DNA of 63,064 nucleotides, the filler included, from Perkinsus chesapeaki ATCC PRA-425 (Eukaryota; Protista; Perkinsozoa), in the NCBI GenBank assembly GCA_013115145.1. It is 13 parts of 13 records of this genome, joined end to end, with 100 filler letters (N's around TTAATTAATTAA, not from the genome) between each part and the next. Parts side by side here need not be neighbours in the genome. Positions count along the whole stretch, not along the records: positions 1 to 2,759 come from JAAPAO010001527.1; positions 2,860 to 7,113 come from JAAPAO010001287.1; positions 7,214 to 10,115 come from JAAPAO010001499.1; 10 more parts are not named here. One strand, given 5' to 3'. Position 1 is the first letter of the stretch, and each line of letters begins with the position of its first letter. This document shows positions 1 to 10,115 of the stretch, in pieces. Both the position numbers and the translations under genes were made by a program. The notes under the pieces were generated by a model. It did no database searches, had not been told where the DNA came from, and worked only from the letters and a program-made list of their open reading frames with translations.

Positions 1-342
1 CTGGCAACACCCATGCTATCGATAAAGTTCTCAATATGCTCAGAATCAGGCGACTAATGCAACACATTGTTCACTCGAGAAAGAGGTACTGTTCTGTCAG
101 GCATGCGGGTTATAGATAAGTATTAATTAAATGTATTAAAGGTCACTAATGTATTTGGAGAGAGGATGAATGCCACTAAGAGATTGACCGAACTTGCGGG
201 TGCATGCACAAGTGTGGGGCCGTGTCGCAGATTATAGCCTCTATCGACGGATCTTCCGAGTCAACTCTCCGTTCGATGCCACTCCCAAGCTTTGTTGGCG
301 TCGCCGGAATCGCTGGGAATAACCTGTCAGACAGCTAGTACG

Positions 343-1209
343 TCAAAAGGAAGTACACAAGAGGAAGTTACATTTCATTGGGTTCCGGAAAGTTGTGCTC
401 TCCGATGTTTGTCGGCCTGCCTCGAGACTTGGAAAGAGGACTCGTGGACTGGGATTTGGCCAACACCCTTGACCTGTTTTTTCAAGCATGGCTCCAGATC
501 CTGGAGTAGCTAGGAAGCGGAGGTCTGGCAACCACTCGTGGTCATCCTGACTGTTGGCCATATCTTGGGATGAACCTGAATGTGCGAAAGTCAACTAGGG
601 AAACTCATCAAACGAATCTCACCTTCTGCAGGACTACACCGCTTTTTCTCGTTTAACGGTACGGCGGAGCGTTTAGGTCCTTCGTTTGCTTCTCCCTGCA
701 CCTTCCTCCGACCTGCTGTTTTCTTTGGTCTCCCACGTACAAGCCCTTGCCTCGAGTCTGAGAATCCAGAGTGAACTAAATGGGTCTGATATCTAGGTAC
801 TCGACAAATAACTACCTTTTTCAGGCCTTTCACTATTGCCAACCCTCAACGTTCGGCGCCTTGCTACATCACATCTTTTGCCATTGCTATCGAACCAAGC
901 GGCATATCTTTCGCCAAGATGAGCCGCCACTGGCCTAACTTTATGTAACCGATCTCGATGTATAGTTAGACCGAGTGGTGAGTATCCTTGGCCACTACGA
1001 ATCAACAACACCCAGCGCTTGGCGACTTCAATGAGCTGCGACGGCGGCAGAGACTTAAGTATGGTAAATTCGGTGTCATCAACTCGTACACCTCTCTGTT
1101 CCTGAACAGTTTTAAGAGCACGTAGAATTGACCTCTTATCGCATGCCCATCCTCTGCCACGACCGATTCTTCCAGGACGTCGTTTTGGAGTTGTGATAGG
1201 AGAGGGCAT
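343..1209 (-). CDS. Hypothetical spliced basic protein (AT-hook-like RGRPKK/GRGRG motifs); 3' end uncertain
   Basis: Three consecutive minus-strand ORFs (793-1209, 591-842, 343-594) separated by short GT..AG segments and starting with ATG at 1209. No family recognised. Confidence 0.35.
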
Positions 1210-1359
1210 ATTTCAGAAGGCCTAACCGAAACAATCAGGCTTATTAGCTTATTAGCGTAATTTCAGTATGATCTACCGCTCAGAGGCATAGCAATACGTT
1301 ACGTTTCAGACGCTTTCATTGTTTACAGTAACATAAACTGTGTTATAGCCTATAACACT

Positions 1360-1426
1360 AATACAAAGGGCGCGAAGACTAAATATCTATAACTTATAGG
1401 TATTTAGTCTTCGCGCCCTTTGTATT
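1360..1426. repeat. 67-bp near-perfect palindrome in the divergent intergenic region
   Basis: aatacaaagggcgcgaagactaaata (1360-1385) is exactly complementary to 1401-1426. The inner arms have one G-T mismatch and a 1-nt centre. Confidence 0.9.
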
Positions 1427-1941
1427 CGCGCATGCGTGCACATAGACAGATAAATCTGTCTCCAGTATGAAGATATGACTCATAACAAGGACCCATTGAA
1501 TTACCGGACTATTGACGCAACAGCATACTACAGCGTGCGAAAAATATGCATTATTCAGTCTGAGAATGTACAGTCTGATGAAGCGCCGAACGCTTGAGAG
1601 GTTTTTTAGAGACGACTACCGCTTCTTCGAAATCTCATGTCACAGCCGTTTCATTGCGCGGTCACGGAAATAAACCATGATGGCTGATTACAACTAGATG
1701 AAACCTCCAGCTTTTGTCTACTCAGGCTGAACTTGGCTGAAGACCAATTCATCTCCCTTTTCATTTCGCTGTTATTGTTTTTGCCAAACAATGTTTACTC
1801 GGGTATAGTTATTGTAGTTATTGTCGATAAATACTCCAATGAAACTTGTTAATACTTCTAGAAACCTAGAAACAATATTTACACACCCTCGCAGCCCTTA
1901 CCAGTGTTACTCTCCCAGCTTTCTTATTCCTAAGCTCGCAC

Positions 1942-2759
1942 ATGGCCAGTACACCAGACAACAAACAAAACATATATAAAACTGTAGATGCACGTAGTGA
2001 GAGAACAAGAGCAAGTTCGTCCAAGCCATATTCTAAGGAAGAAACGGACAGGTAGGGTCATCCTATGTGCGCCGATCAAATCCGTTGAGATTTACTCAAT
2101 GCTCCTTTCAGTCCCCGTTGCGAGGATAAGTTAGATGACAAACCGGCCTGCACCCCGATTGCTGAGCTGAAAATAACCGAGAAAGGGGCAGCAAGGTAGG
2201 TCTCAGACGTCCCGATTAGTGGCGTTCTTTCGGGCTAATGACGCCCTTGTAGGCCAACCATTCGAGGCCGCGTAATATCTCGAACTGAGCTTAAGTTCTA
2301 TGAGCATGGTCATCATAAAGGATCAGTGTTCTCTATCATGGTTGTTGACGAAGCGAGTTCATCTATTCGTATGGTATTCTTCGACAAGGTGATATTGCTT
2401 CCACCACCTGCCCCTTACAACCATTTTAGGCCGCCGACACCTACCACGGAATAATTAAGGAAGGCCTCGTGTTTCTATTCGCAAGCGTGAGAGTAACAGC
2501 GGCAAGCTCCAAATATAACCCGAACGCTGCTCTGGAGGTGAGTCATTTCCGAACATCTAGTGCGCGGAGTGCTTGATATAAGGGAAAAATTTTCTCCTAG
2601 ATTAAGCACTCTACCAATGACCTGAAACATCTCCAAATTTCTCCAGTCCAGTCTGGCGAGCCGGACATCCCGCGAGAGCTACCATGGCAGTAAGTACCAG
2701 TCGGCCTACTTAAAGTACAGAGACTTCGATAAGGTTCAAACGGCTATCAGAGATGTTCG
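1942..2759 (+). CDS. RPA1-like: Replication protein A large-subunit-like OB-fold protein (short form), intron-containing, 3' truncated by linker
   Basis: Spliced by eye: MANARSE...TPIAELK...PTIRGRVISRTELKFYEHGHHKGSVFSIMVVDEASSSIRMVFFDK|AADTYHGIIKEGLVFLFASVRVTAASSKYNP...E. This matches the RPA70 DBD-A consensus (WTIKARV...GKLFS.DL.DESGEIRATAF...ADKF...I.VGKVY). Not in the ORF track because of introns. Confidence 0.7.
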
Positions 2760-2859
2760 NNNNNNNNNNNNNNNNNNNNNNNNNNNNNNNNNNNNNNNNN
2801 NNNTTAATTAATTAANNNNNNNNNNNNNNNNNNNNNNNNNNNNNNNNNNNNNNNNNNNN
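2760..2859. other. Artificial assembly linker N44-TTAATTAATTAA-N44, first of 12 (others: 7114-7213, 10116-10215, 25047-25146, 28029-28128, 35829-35928, 45844-45943, 47458-47557, 52983-53082, 54497-54596, 56692-56791, 58792-58891)
   Basis: Identical 100-nt N-padded spacer carrying stop codons in all six frames. Flanking sequences are unrelated across each linker. Confidence 0.98.
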
Positions 2860-2968
2860 CCGGGCTTGGCACGCGCACACCATGACATCATAGGTACTAG
2901 ACGATAGGAACCTAAACTCGTAAACTAAGGAGTTTTGGACAGTTCATGCACGATTTCCTCTGAATTTG

Positions 2969-3099
2969 AGCGACGAAAGGTTAGAGGACGGCTCAGCCGG
3001 AACAAGAGTTCCAATCTTGCAGCTGTCACCTGTGCCGTGCTGAAATTCTATCCCTCAAATGCAATTCTAAAGGGTCGGCTGTGTGGTCTAGTGGCATGA
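2969..3099 (+). repeat. 131-bp direct repeat, copy 1 (copy 2 at 6983-7113, offset 4014); includes the 5' part of tRNA-Pro
   Basis: Direct alignment agcgacgaaagg...gggtcggctgtgtggtctagtggcatga gives 3 mismatches. Sequences left of 2969 and 6983 are unrelated. Confidence 0.92.
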
Positions 3100-3148
3100 T
3101 TCGCGATTCGGGTGCACGAGGTCCCGAGTTCGATTCTCGGCTCAGCCC
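3077..3148 (+). tRNA. tRNA-Pro(CGG)-like gene with stem mismatches (possible pseudo or hybrid tRNA)
   Basis: GGCTGTG TGGTCTAGTGGCATGATT CGCGA TT CGG GT GCACG AGGTC CCGAG TTCGATT CTCGG CTCAGCC C. A and B boxes and the T arm are intact, anticodon CGG at 3109-3111. One T-T mismatch in the acceptor stem and two mismatches in the anticodon stem. Confidence 0.8.
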
Positions 3149-3306
3149 TTAATTTGCAAGGATTGGGTACTGGTTGAATGTTAAAGTATCAAGTTACTCC
3201 GATGGTTAGAGCCGACAGCTTTTTGGTTAACAGTCACAGCGTCTCATAATGGGACCAAGCTCTTGGCAAGATGATTGGATCATCTTGGAAAGATCCTGAC
3301 GGCACC

Positions 3307-3400
3307 GGGGGAAAAGAAAAAGGGGAAAGAGAGAGAGAAAGAAAGGAAAAAGGGGGAGAAAGAGAAAAAAAAGAAAAGAAAAGAGAAGGAAGAAAAAAGA
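3307..3400 (+). repeat. 94-nt pure polypurine tract
   Basis: Only A and G from 3307 to 3400. It produces the spurious F/L-rich ORF 3227-3439. Confidence 0.9.
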
Positions 3401-3496
3401 CGATAACATAACACTGTTCGTATCATGCAAACTTATCATGCATTAAAAGCCCTGGTAGGGCTGTTCTACGGTGAGAACGGAGCTAGTAGCTCCGAG

Positions 3497-6400
3497 CTAC
3501 TGTTCTTGCTGCACATCTGCAGTCTCACTACGACTCCTGCACGCATCCAGTGATACTAGTGCCCTCTCTCTCCGCTTGGCATTCTGGCCTCGCCAATACT
3601 CTCGCTTCTTCTCCTGCTTCTTCCGTAGATAGTCGTCAAGGACAGTGACGGGATCGGCGAACGGGCAAAATGTAGCACCCGCCCCTCGACCGATGTACTG
3701 GTGGTGTATACCATGGAAGGTTGAAGCCCACAGCTGGTCGCAAACGCTGCACGACCTCTGCCGCCTACCGTTTTCCTTCCCCTCACAAGATAGTCCTCCG
3801 AGCAGTTGCAAGTTCGCTTGTGCTCTGCGCCTTCTCTCCTCCATTCCAGGCTGCACATGTATGCGTTCCTTCCTGGTTACATTAGATTGATCCACCGCTG
3901 GCTTCATCGGGCATAAGCCATATTTATGGGAGCGGCCATCATACTTATGTGCATTCTCGTCTGGCGGGAGACCACAGTAAGGACATAGGTCTTCGTCTTT
4001 CTTCTCATCTCGTCGCTCGCCTGTTGAGCGATGCTCAGAAGCGTCACCGCGAGATTTCAAGACTTCCTGGTGGACCTCTTTGCTAGTAATAGCTTTTGGC
4101 CCTCCATCAAAGCATGAAGTTAAAATCTTGACATCAGCGGCTTTGACTGGTTCTTGCAAGGCCGCCTCGCACGAGGATGAAACAGCAGATAGCGTATTGT
4201 GGAGGTGCATCATCTCACTCCTCGTGGTAGCATCGAACATTGACTCTCTCGCTGGTAAAGAGTGAAGTTTGAGCTGCTTCTTTATCCACACGTCTGCCAT
4301 ACCGTATGTTACATCAAGCAAGGCTGGAGCGGCTACTCCGTCGGTACGAGAAAGGCATATTCGCTGATGCTTGAAGTCATTGTACCGTGCCAGGCATTTC
4401 TTCGTTAAGCTATCACCACGATGAGAGCTGGCGAACTCGTTCAAAACCTTCAAGCATATAGTCTGCATTTCGTCATTAAAAGACGGCGAGACCCCTCCAG
4501 GCGACGAGGTTAACGCTCTCCTTTTCGCTACATTTCGAGGCGTCCTGGTTTCAGTCAAACACCCGAAAAGACATTCATCAGATGGAATGCTCCGAGTTGG
4601 GCTCTCAAAAGCTGCATTCTCGGCTTTCTTCTCAGCCAGCAGGGAAAGTTCATTCATCGCCATATCATCAAGATCACCTTCTTCTGTATCTAATAATGAC
4701 TTCTTGAGGCTCTAAGAGGGTCATGAAGGGTGTACCTGTCCCTGGAGAATCAGATGTCATGTCTTTTCCCTCCCACAATTCCTCCATATCCAAAACTGCA
4801 ACTAAATCTTCCTCCTTGAGGTCGTCTTCACTCATCATCTCCGGGAATGAATCAAGAGGACGAGTAGGTTCCCCCACATCAGTCGTTATGCTGATACTGC
4901 ACTGCCGACCATACTCGAATCCAACTAGAGGGAGCTCGCTGTCTTTATGTGCCAGACTATAGTCTGGAAACTCGGCCGCGTCCAGAGCCCCCGCTGCAAT
5001 ATAAAGCTCGATTTCGCGAGCGGTCAGAGCGAGCGGAGGGACTTTCTTTTTTAGAACTATCATCCTTTTTCTATTAAATTTGGATATCAGCCAAGATAGC
5101 CGGCAATCGTAAACGGTCGCTGTTAAGCCATTCCATGACGCGAACGTTTTGGTAAGCACGGAGTGCATGCATTCATTTTTTGATGTCCCCCTAAGGGACT
5201 GATACTCAACTAATGAATGGGCACTCCCCCTAAACCGAACATTCCCGATGGCCCGGTAGGGGGGATTGGTGAGATCATCTTGACAGCAGCCGTTCCTCAG
5301 ATGAACTAGCTGCTGCTGGACTACTTTTAATACCTAAAGTACTACCAAGTAAATATCAAATATTAGTGTAATTTCGTGGTATTACCTTTTTCGTGATAAT
5401 GGGTGATGTAGCGTCAGCGGACGACCTTGATTCATGACACGTTTTTTTCAAATTTAAATGAGCCGCCTGATCTGCCAGTTGATAACTCTCCACAACTCTT
5501 TTCACGCGGTCAGCCGTTTCTTTTCCATCGCCTATGATTCTTCGAACGAATCGACACTTTTCTTTCCGAGTTATAGGTTCATCATCGCCAACTGCTTTTT
5601 TGGCCTCAGTGAGGAGCTGTATGTCCAAGGGATGACATTGGTAAATAGCCCGACTAAGGGCTTTTAAAAACTCTGCGCGTCGGGGGTTTTCGGCGGGCAC
5701 TTGACGGCCCACTCTCATTATTAAGTGCGCACCATCTAAAACCACTTGATACTCTCTCTTCCAACCTTCTCGGGGTATTGCCCTCACTCCCTCCTTGCCG
5801 CTACAACATGCGAAATCAAGATATAATCTTTTTGGTGGCCTTCCCTGATGTCTGCTAGAGATCTCTTTGAAGAGATTTCCCAGCCATGACTCGCTGGTGC
5901 TGGGAATGGCGACAATATTTAGGCACAAGTTATGATCGCCAATGACAGTGGCCGTTTGGCCTGATGAACCAATTATGTCCTTACCTAAGGTATTGAGACC
6001 AACTAGGTTCCACCAATATTACCACCCTAAGTTACCTCTTGTTTTTTTAATAACTCCTCGTTGGCAGTCGCAGCTCAGGGCATACTCGCTTGTGACCTGG
6101 CGCAGCTCTCTACGTAGGTAGATTCTATTTTTTCATAATCCCAAAGTAATACGGCCACTAGGAAGCGCTGACTCGGGATAAACCCCTTATCAAATGCTGG
6201 GAAACCTTCAATGAGATTCGCCGCTTCTAGACGAAGTGCTATTCTGTTTCGTCGCATGCTCTCGAACGCTGCCTTGGACTTAAGATACTCACTCCATACT
6301 GCACCCTCTACTATACGGTGCACACTCGCGACACTCGATTCTCTGAGAAGCTTCACCAAAGATTCGTCCGCTGCGTTTGCAGAACCGTGGGTAATGAACT

Positions 6401-6947
6401 GTTGACGGCACTGGGTAGTAGCATCCAGACCGCTGATGTATCTCTCGTCGGTAGATACCCAGTTCTTTTTGCAGCTAACACATCTGATCCCCATATTCTG
6501 CAGCCCATAAGGCAGCCCCAGGGTGTAAGCGGTTTTGGTTCGACCGGTCGAGTTCGCTGAGATGCGCAAACTTCCACAATAAAAACACCGGCCATTTAGT
6601 GGTGCCCACACGAAATGTCGAAGAAAACCGGGCTTTTCAGGCGCCCAACCAATACCTATAGCCCTCAGCTCGGTCATATTCAACGACTGGTAGCCCTTCG
6701 ATAAAGGGGCAATGACTCTGCTCTCTGCCGCCAGAGGGCGTTGAGGCCCGTTACTACCAGTAGCTCCTTCTAACGTCTTCACTTCGCAGTCATCGGTTTT
6801 GGCCACCTTGGCGGGCGGAGCATCCTCGCTGATATCACACGAAGGCTTCCTTTTGTCACATGCACTAGAAGACGATTGTGGTGTTGGACTATGAAAGCCG
6901 CACAAGCAGGGCAAGTATCCTCCCTTGAAGTGGTCTTTGATTGCCAT
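3497..6947 (-). mobile_element. Dada-superfamily DDE transposase gene (DUF6729-like), spliced, with apparent frameshifts
   Basis: ORFs 6075-7043, 5356-5928, 4674-5168 and 3497-4663 join into one protein. Motifs: HFVWAP..RCFYC N-terminal region; ALSCDCQRGVIKK (D about 6068); PPKRLYLDFACCS (D about 5816); VVLDGAH (DxxH, 5725-5736); YQSLRGTSKNECMH (E about 5173); two C-terminal Cys/His knuckles (CPYC..H..LCP and CSVC..H.YIG..FCP). GT-AG introns near 6022-5973 and 5386-5336. Frame changes near 6090 and 4700 are unexplained. Family assignment is by motif recognition. Confidence 0.75.
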
Positions 6948-7090
6948 GGCGTTCTTCTGACTGCCCTTATACGCACAAAGGTAGCGACGAAAGGTAAGAG
7001 GACGGCTCAGCCGGAACAAGAGTTCCAATCTTGCAGCTGCCACCTGCGCCGTGCTGAAATTCTATCCCTCAAATGCAATTCTAAAGGGTC

Positions 7091-7113
7091 GGCTGTGTGG
7101 TCTAGTGGCATGA
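7091..7113 (+). tRNA. 5' 23 nt of a tRNA-Pro-like sequence, cut by linker
   Basis: ggctgtgtggtctagtggcatga is identical to 3077-3099. Confidence 0.6.
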
Positions 7114-8163
7114 NNNNNNNNNNNNNNNNNNNNNNNNNNNNNNNNNNNNNNNNNNNNTTAATTAATTAANNNNNNNNNNNNNNNNNNNNNNNNNNNNNNN
7201 NNNNNNNNNNNNNCTCGTCTCGCTCCGTCTACAGCTGACGACATCTTTGTCCCCGTTCACAATCACGACCCTATACTACCCTCACACTGCATGAATGAAG
7301 CAACTGGTGGGCGAAGCCCACCACGGATATTCCCAGCGACAAGCAACCGCATATCGAGAGGGTCAGAGGTAGTACGGCAGTATCGTTCCCAATCTGCGGG
7401 AATCCCCATTGCTACTCCAGCCTATACCATATTATACGGCGTATAGTATACGCCATAATATGGCCAATATATGATGCATATTATGCAGCTTACGGTAACC
7501 GTAGGCTGCATATGGCTGTAGCAGCCCCACAAATCATAAGCTACTAGTAGTAGCCAGGCTACTGTGGCCTACGGAAATAATGTCAGCAACTGGAATTTAG
7601 TTTCTTCTGATAAGGACATCAAGCAGCTAGAATCATTCGTGACTCGGATAATCGAGGGGCTCCTTACCGAGCTTTACCGCTGTGAGGCCGTGAGGCAGTC
7701 AGGTAACTGTATTTGGCATTTCTGTCAGGGTCGGCGCAGAATTCGAATTTCAGGTTTAGCTCTAGTTATCGGTAAGGACCCAGTCCGCTTATTAAAGAAT
7801 TGGACAGCAGTGCGGCCTTGCCTCCTTAGCGTAAGTATCTTAGATCTAGATTGATGAGTTAATAACGATAACCAGTTTTGGGGATCATTTTGCCAAACTG
7901 TGCATCGTCAAGCCGCTTGATTCAAGCGCAACGTGGTCTCGTACTCATTCTAATGCGTCCGATAGGTAATACCTATCCAATGCCGGCGACTTGTAGATGA
8001 TATCGGAGATCTCAAGTACATCACGAGTTGTTATCCGCGCCCCCAGTACTTTCCCCAGTAATTGACGAACTTGATTCAGACATGATGAATCGTATAAAAA
8101 GACTTGAACCGCCCCGCGGCCACAGGAGACGCCCCTCCAAGGAGACGCTCCCTCAGCCCCTCC

Positions 8164-8258
8164 TGTCACGTCTCGCCAGGGTGACAGGCGACGGCTAACG
8201 TTTGCGCACGCCCACGTGCGCGAGCCTCATAGCGCCAGCTACACGCCCCCTCCCCCCG
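8164..8258 (-). repeat. Polypurine tract and probable 3' LTR start
   Basis: Minus strand reads ggggggaggggg-cg-TGTAGCTGG..., so the LTR starts at 8243. Candidate ends are ..GTGACA at 8164 or ..GTTCA at 8105. Confidence 0.5.
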
Positions 8259-10042
8259 GAGGAGGAACCGGCTCGTCCAGACGTAAAACAGCAGCGGGAG
8301 AAATGTACTCAAGATGATGTACGTGAACGGGGCGGACACGAGAGGAGGTCGCAGTACGGATCGAGTAAACCTTCGACGAAATGCAAGAGACAATACGGCA
8401 GGGCTCAAAAAAACGATGAGCTTTACGGTGCAGCCCAAAACGAGGAACAAGCCAAACCTCGTCAATGGCAGGCAAACGACGAGTCGAGCCAGGACTCGGA
8501 GAAGCCACCGGCGGAGGGGCCGAATGCAGGGCAGGGGTAGGCAGCGGAAGAGGTCGGAAGCGGGCCGGGACGGTAGGATACGGCCACGAAGGGAAGGTGA
8601 AGATAAGATCATGAGGATTCCAACCACCACGCCGGGTAGGGGCGGTATTAAACATAATAGTAGCACGCGAAATGAGCTCCTTGAAACCGGCCAGGTTAAG
8701 CGAGCCAGAGGTGTGAGAGCGTATGCGCTCATTGAGCACTCGGTGAACCCGTTCGACTTTCCCATTCGTCCACGAACTCTGAACTGGGGAACGGCAGAAG
8801 ACCAGCGAAGACCAGCGCAGCAGGAGACCAGCGAACTGTAGCGAGGAACTCGGCCGACAGAAACTGACTACCACCATCGTGATAAACCGTTCGCGGGAGA
8901 GTATTGAAGCGCTCAAATACCTCTCGGAATAGTGCAGCAGTCACGTGAGACGTAGGAGTCGACTTAGTCACTTTCGTGAGGAGGTAGCCACTAAAGTTGT
9001 CGACCAACGTTGTAACGTAAAGCTCCTGGTTACGGTAAGGGCCCACAATGTCCATATGGATACTCTGCCAAGGTTCGGCAGCGCGCGGCACAACGGGGCG
9101 CTGCGCAAGGCCGGCGGCCACAGCAGCGGAAACGGTCACGCGACCGACCGAACAGGCCGGGCAATTACGCACAAAGTCGCGACAACGCTCGCGTAAGCTG
9201 GGATAATCCACAAACGTGCGCATGCGGCCGTAAAGGCTGTCGGCACCGTCATGATCGTGCAGACCCTCCGCAAGCAGCTGGAAATCAGCGTCATCCCGGA
9301 GGATAACCCGCCCAAGGTCATCCCGACAATACAAAGGCGAAGGCAGCGTTGCCGGAAGAGCTATAACCGGAGCACTCGGAACAACGCAGTAAGAAGGGAT
9401 ACGACTCAAAGGGTCAGAAATATTAGCCGCACTCGGGACAAGAACGACAGTCAAGTCGAGTGCCATCTCGTCCAGCATGTCACGCAGAGTACGCAAACGG
9501 TTCTCTACCAGGGTAGCATGCAAACCGCCAACCGCACGCCAGTGCTGGTCCAAGTGACGCGTCACCCATGACACGGCGCTGGTATTGTCGCAGTGAACAG
9601 TGAGGGCCAGCCGATGGTGTATCCGCAGGGAACGTCTATACCGATCAACGAGCTGTAACCCGCGAACCAGCGCGTCAAGTTCCGCCAGATTGATATGGCG
9701 GGTGTCCCCCCGGCGCCGTAGGTAAATGGCATCTTCGACCACAACGGCGCCAATGCGCAGCACTGCGCCGTAGGCGTGACGACTACTGTCGGTGAAGAGG
9801 TGCCAAGAATCAGCAGGATTGTACTGCCAAACTCCGCCGACAGGCGGAGTTTGGCAGTGCGCCACGTGCGGCGATATCCGCCTGGAGCTTGACGCAGGTA
9901 GCCCGCGCGAAATCGTCTAGGGGCGCGTCCCACGCAGCGGAAGCGCCATCATGCGCCACGCACACCAAGCGCTTGAGTGCGGAAAATGCTGGCCGTGCCC
10001 AGCCGGCAGTCGGGTAGTGCGCAATAAAGCGCCCTGCCCACT
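8164..10042 (-). mobile_element. Ty3/Gypsy LTR retrotransposon 3' half (RT thumb, RNase H, integrase, PPT, start of 3' LTR), frameshifted
   Basis: RNase H motifs LFTDSS..HINLAELDAL..HCDNTSAV..SAANISDPLSR. Integrase HHCC (LHDHDG..CPAC) and core HMDIVGP..YHDGGSQF in 8729-9865, with NGKVERVHR in 8239-8916. RNase H-then-integrase order indicates Gypsy. Confidence 0.85.
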
Positions 10043-10115
10043 GGGGGTGTATAACGATTGGTACACATAAATTACGTACACATGAAACTCGTACACGGAA
10101 TTTTTGACTTTTGAC
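10043..10115 (+). mobile_element. Terminus of an unclassified GGGGTGTAT/GTACAC-repeat element inserted in the Gypsy RT
   Basis: 10044-10115 is 71/72 identical to the reverse complement of 58892-58963. It has three GTACAC motifs 15 nt apart, and the Gypsy reading frame stops at its edge. Confidence 0.7.

Noticed and set aside
1575-1600. CTGATGA followed by a small stem, resembling a hammerhead ribozyme core
   Set aside because: The stem is followed by TGAG rather than GAAA, and no stems I or III could be built.
2804-2815. Recurrent TTAATTAATTAA motif (12 copies) as a biological repeat or CRISPR-like array
   Set aside because: It is always centred in 44+44 Ns. It is an artificial six-frame-stop contig linker.
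3227-3439. 70-aa Phe/Leu-rich ORF that looks like a membrane peptide
   Set aside because: It is a translation artefact of the 94-nt purine tract.
8166-9933. Multiple long overlapping and antisense ORFs over the Gypsy pol (and likewise over both DIRS elements and 41565-41816)
   Set aside because: These are shadow ORFs expected from GC-rich coding sequence and carry no recognisable motifs.
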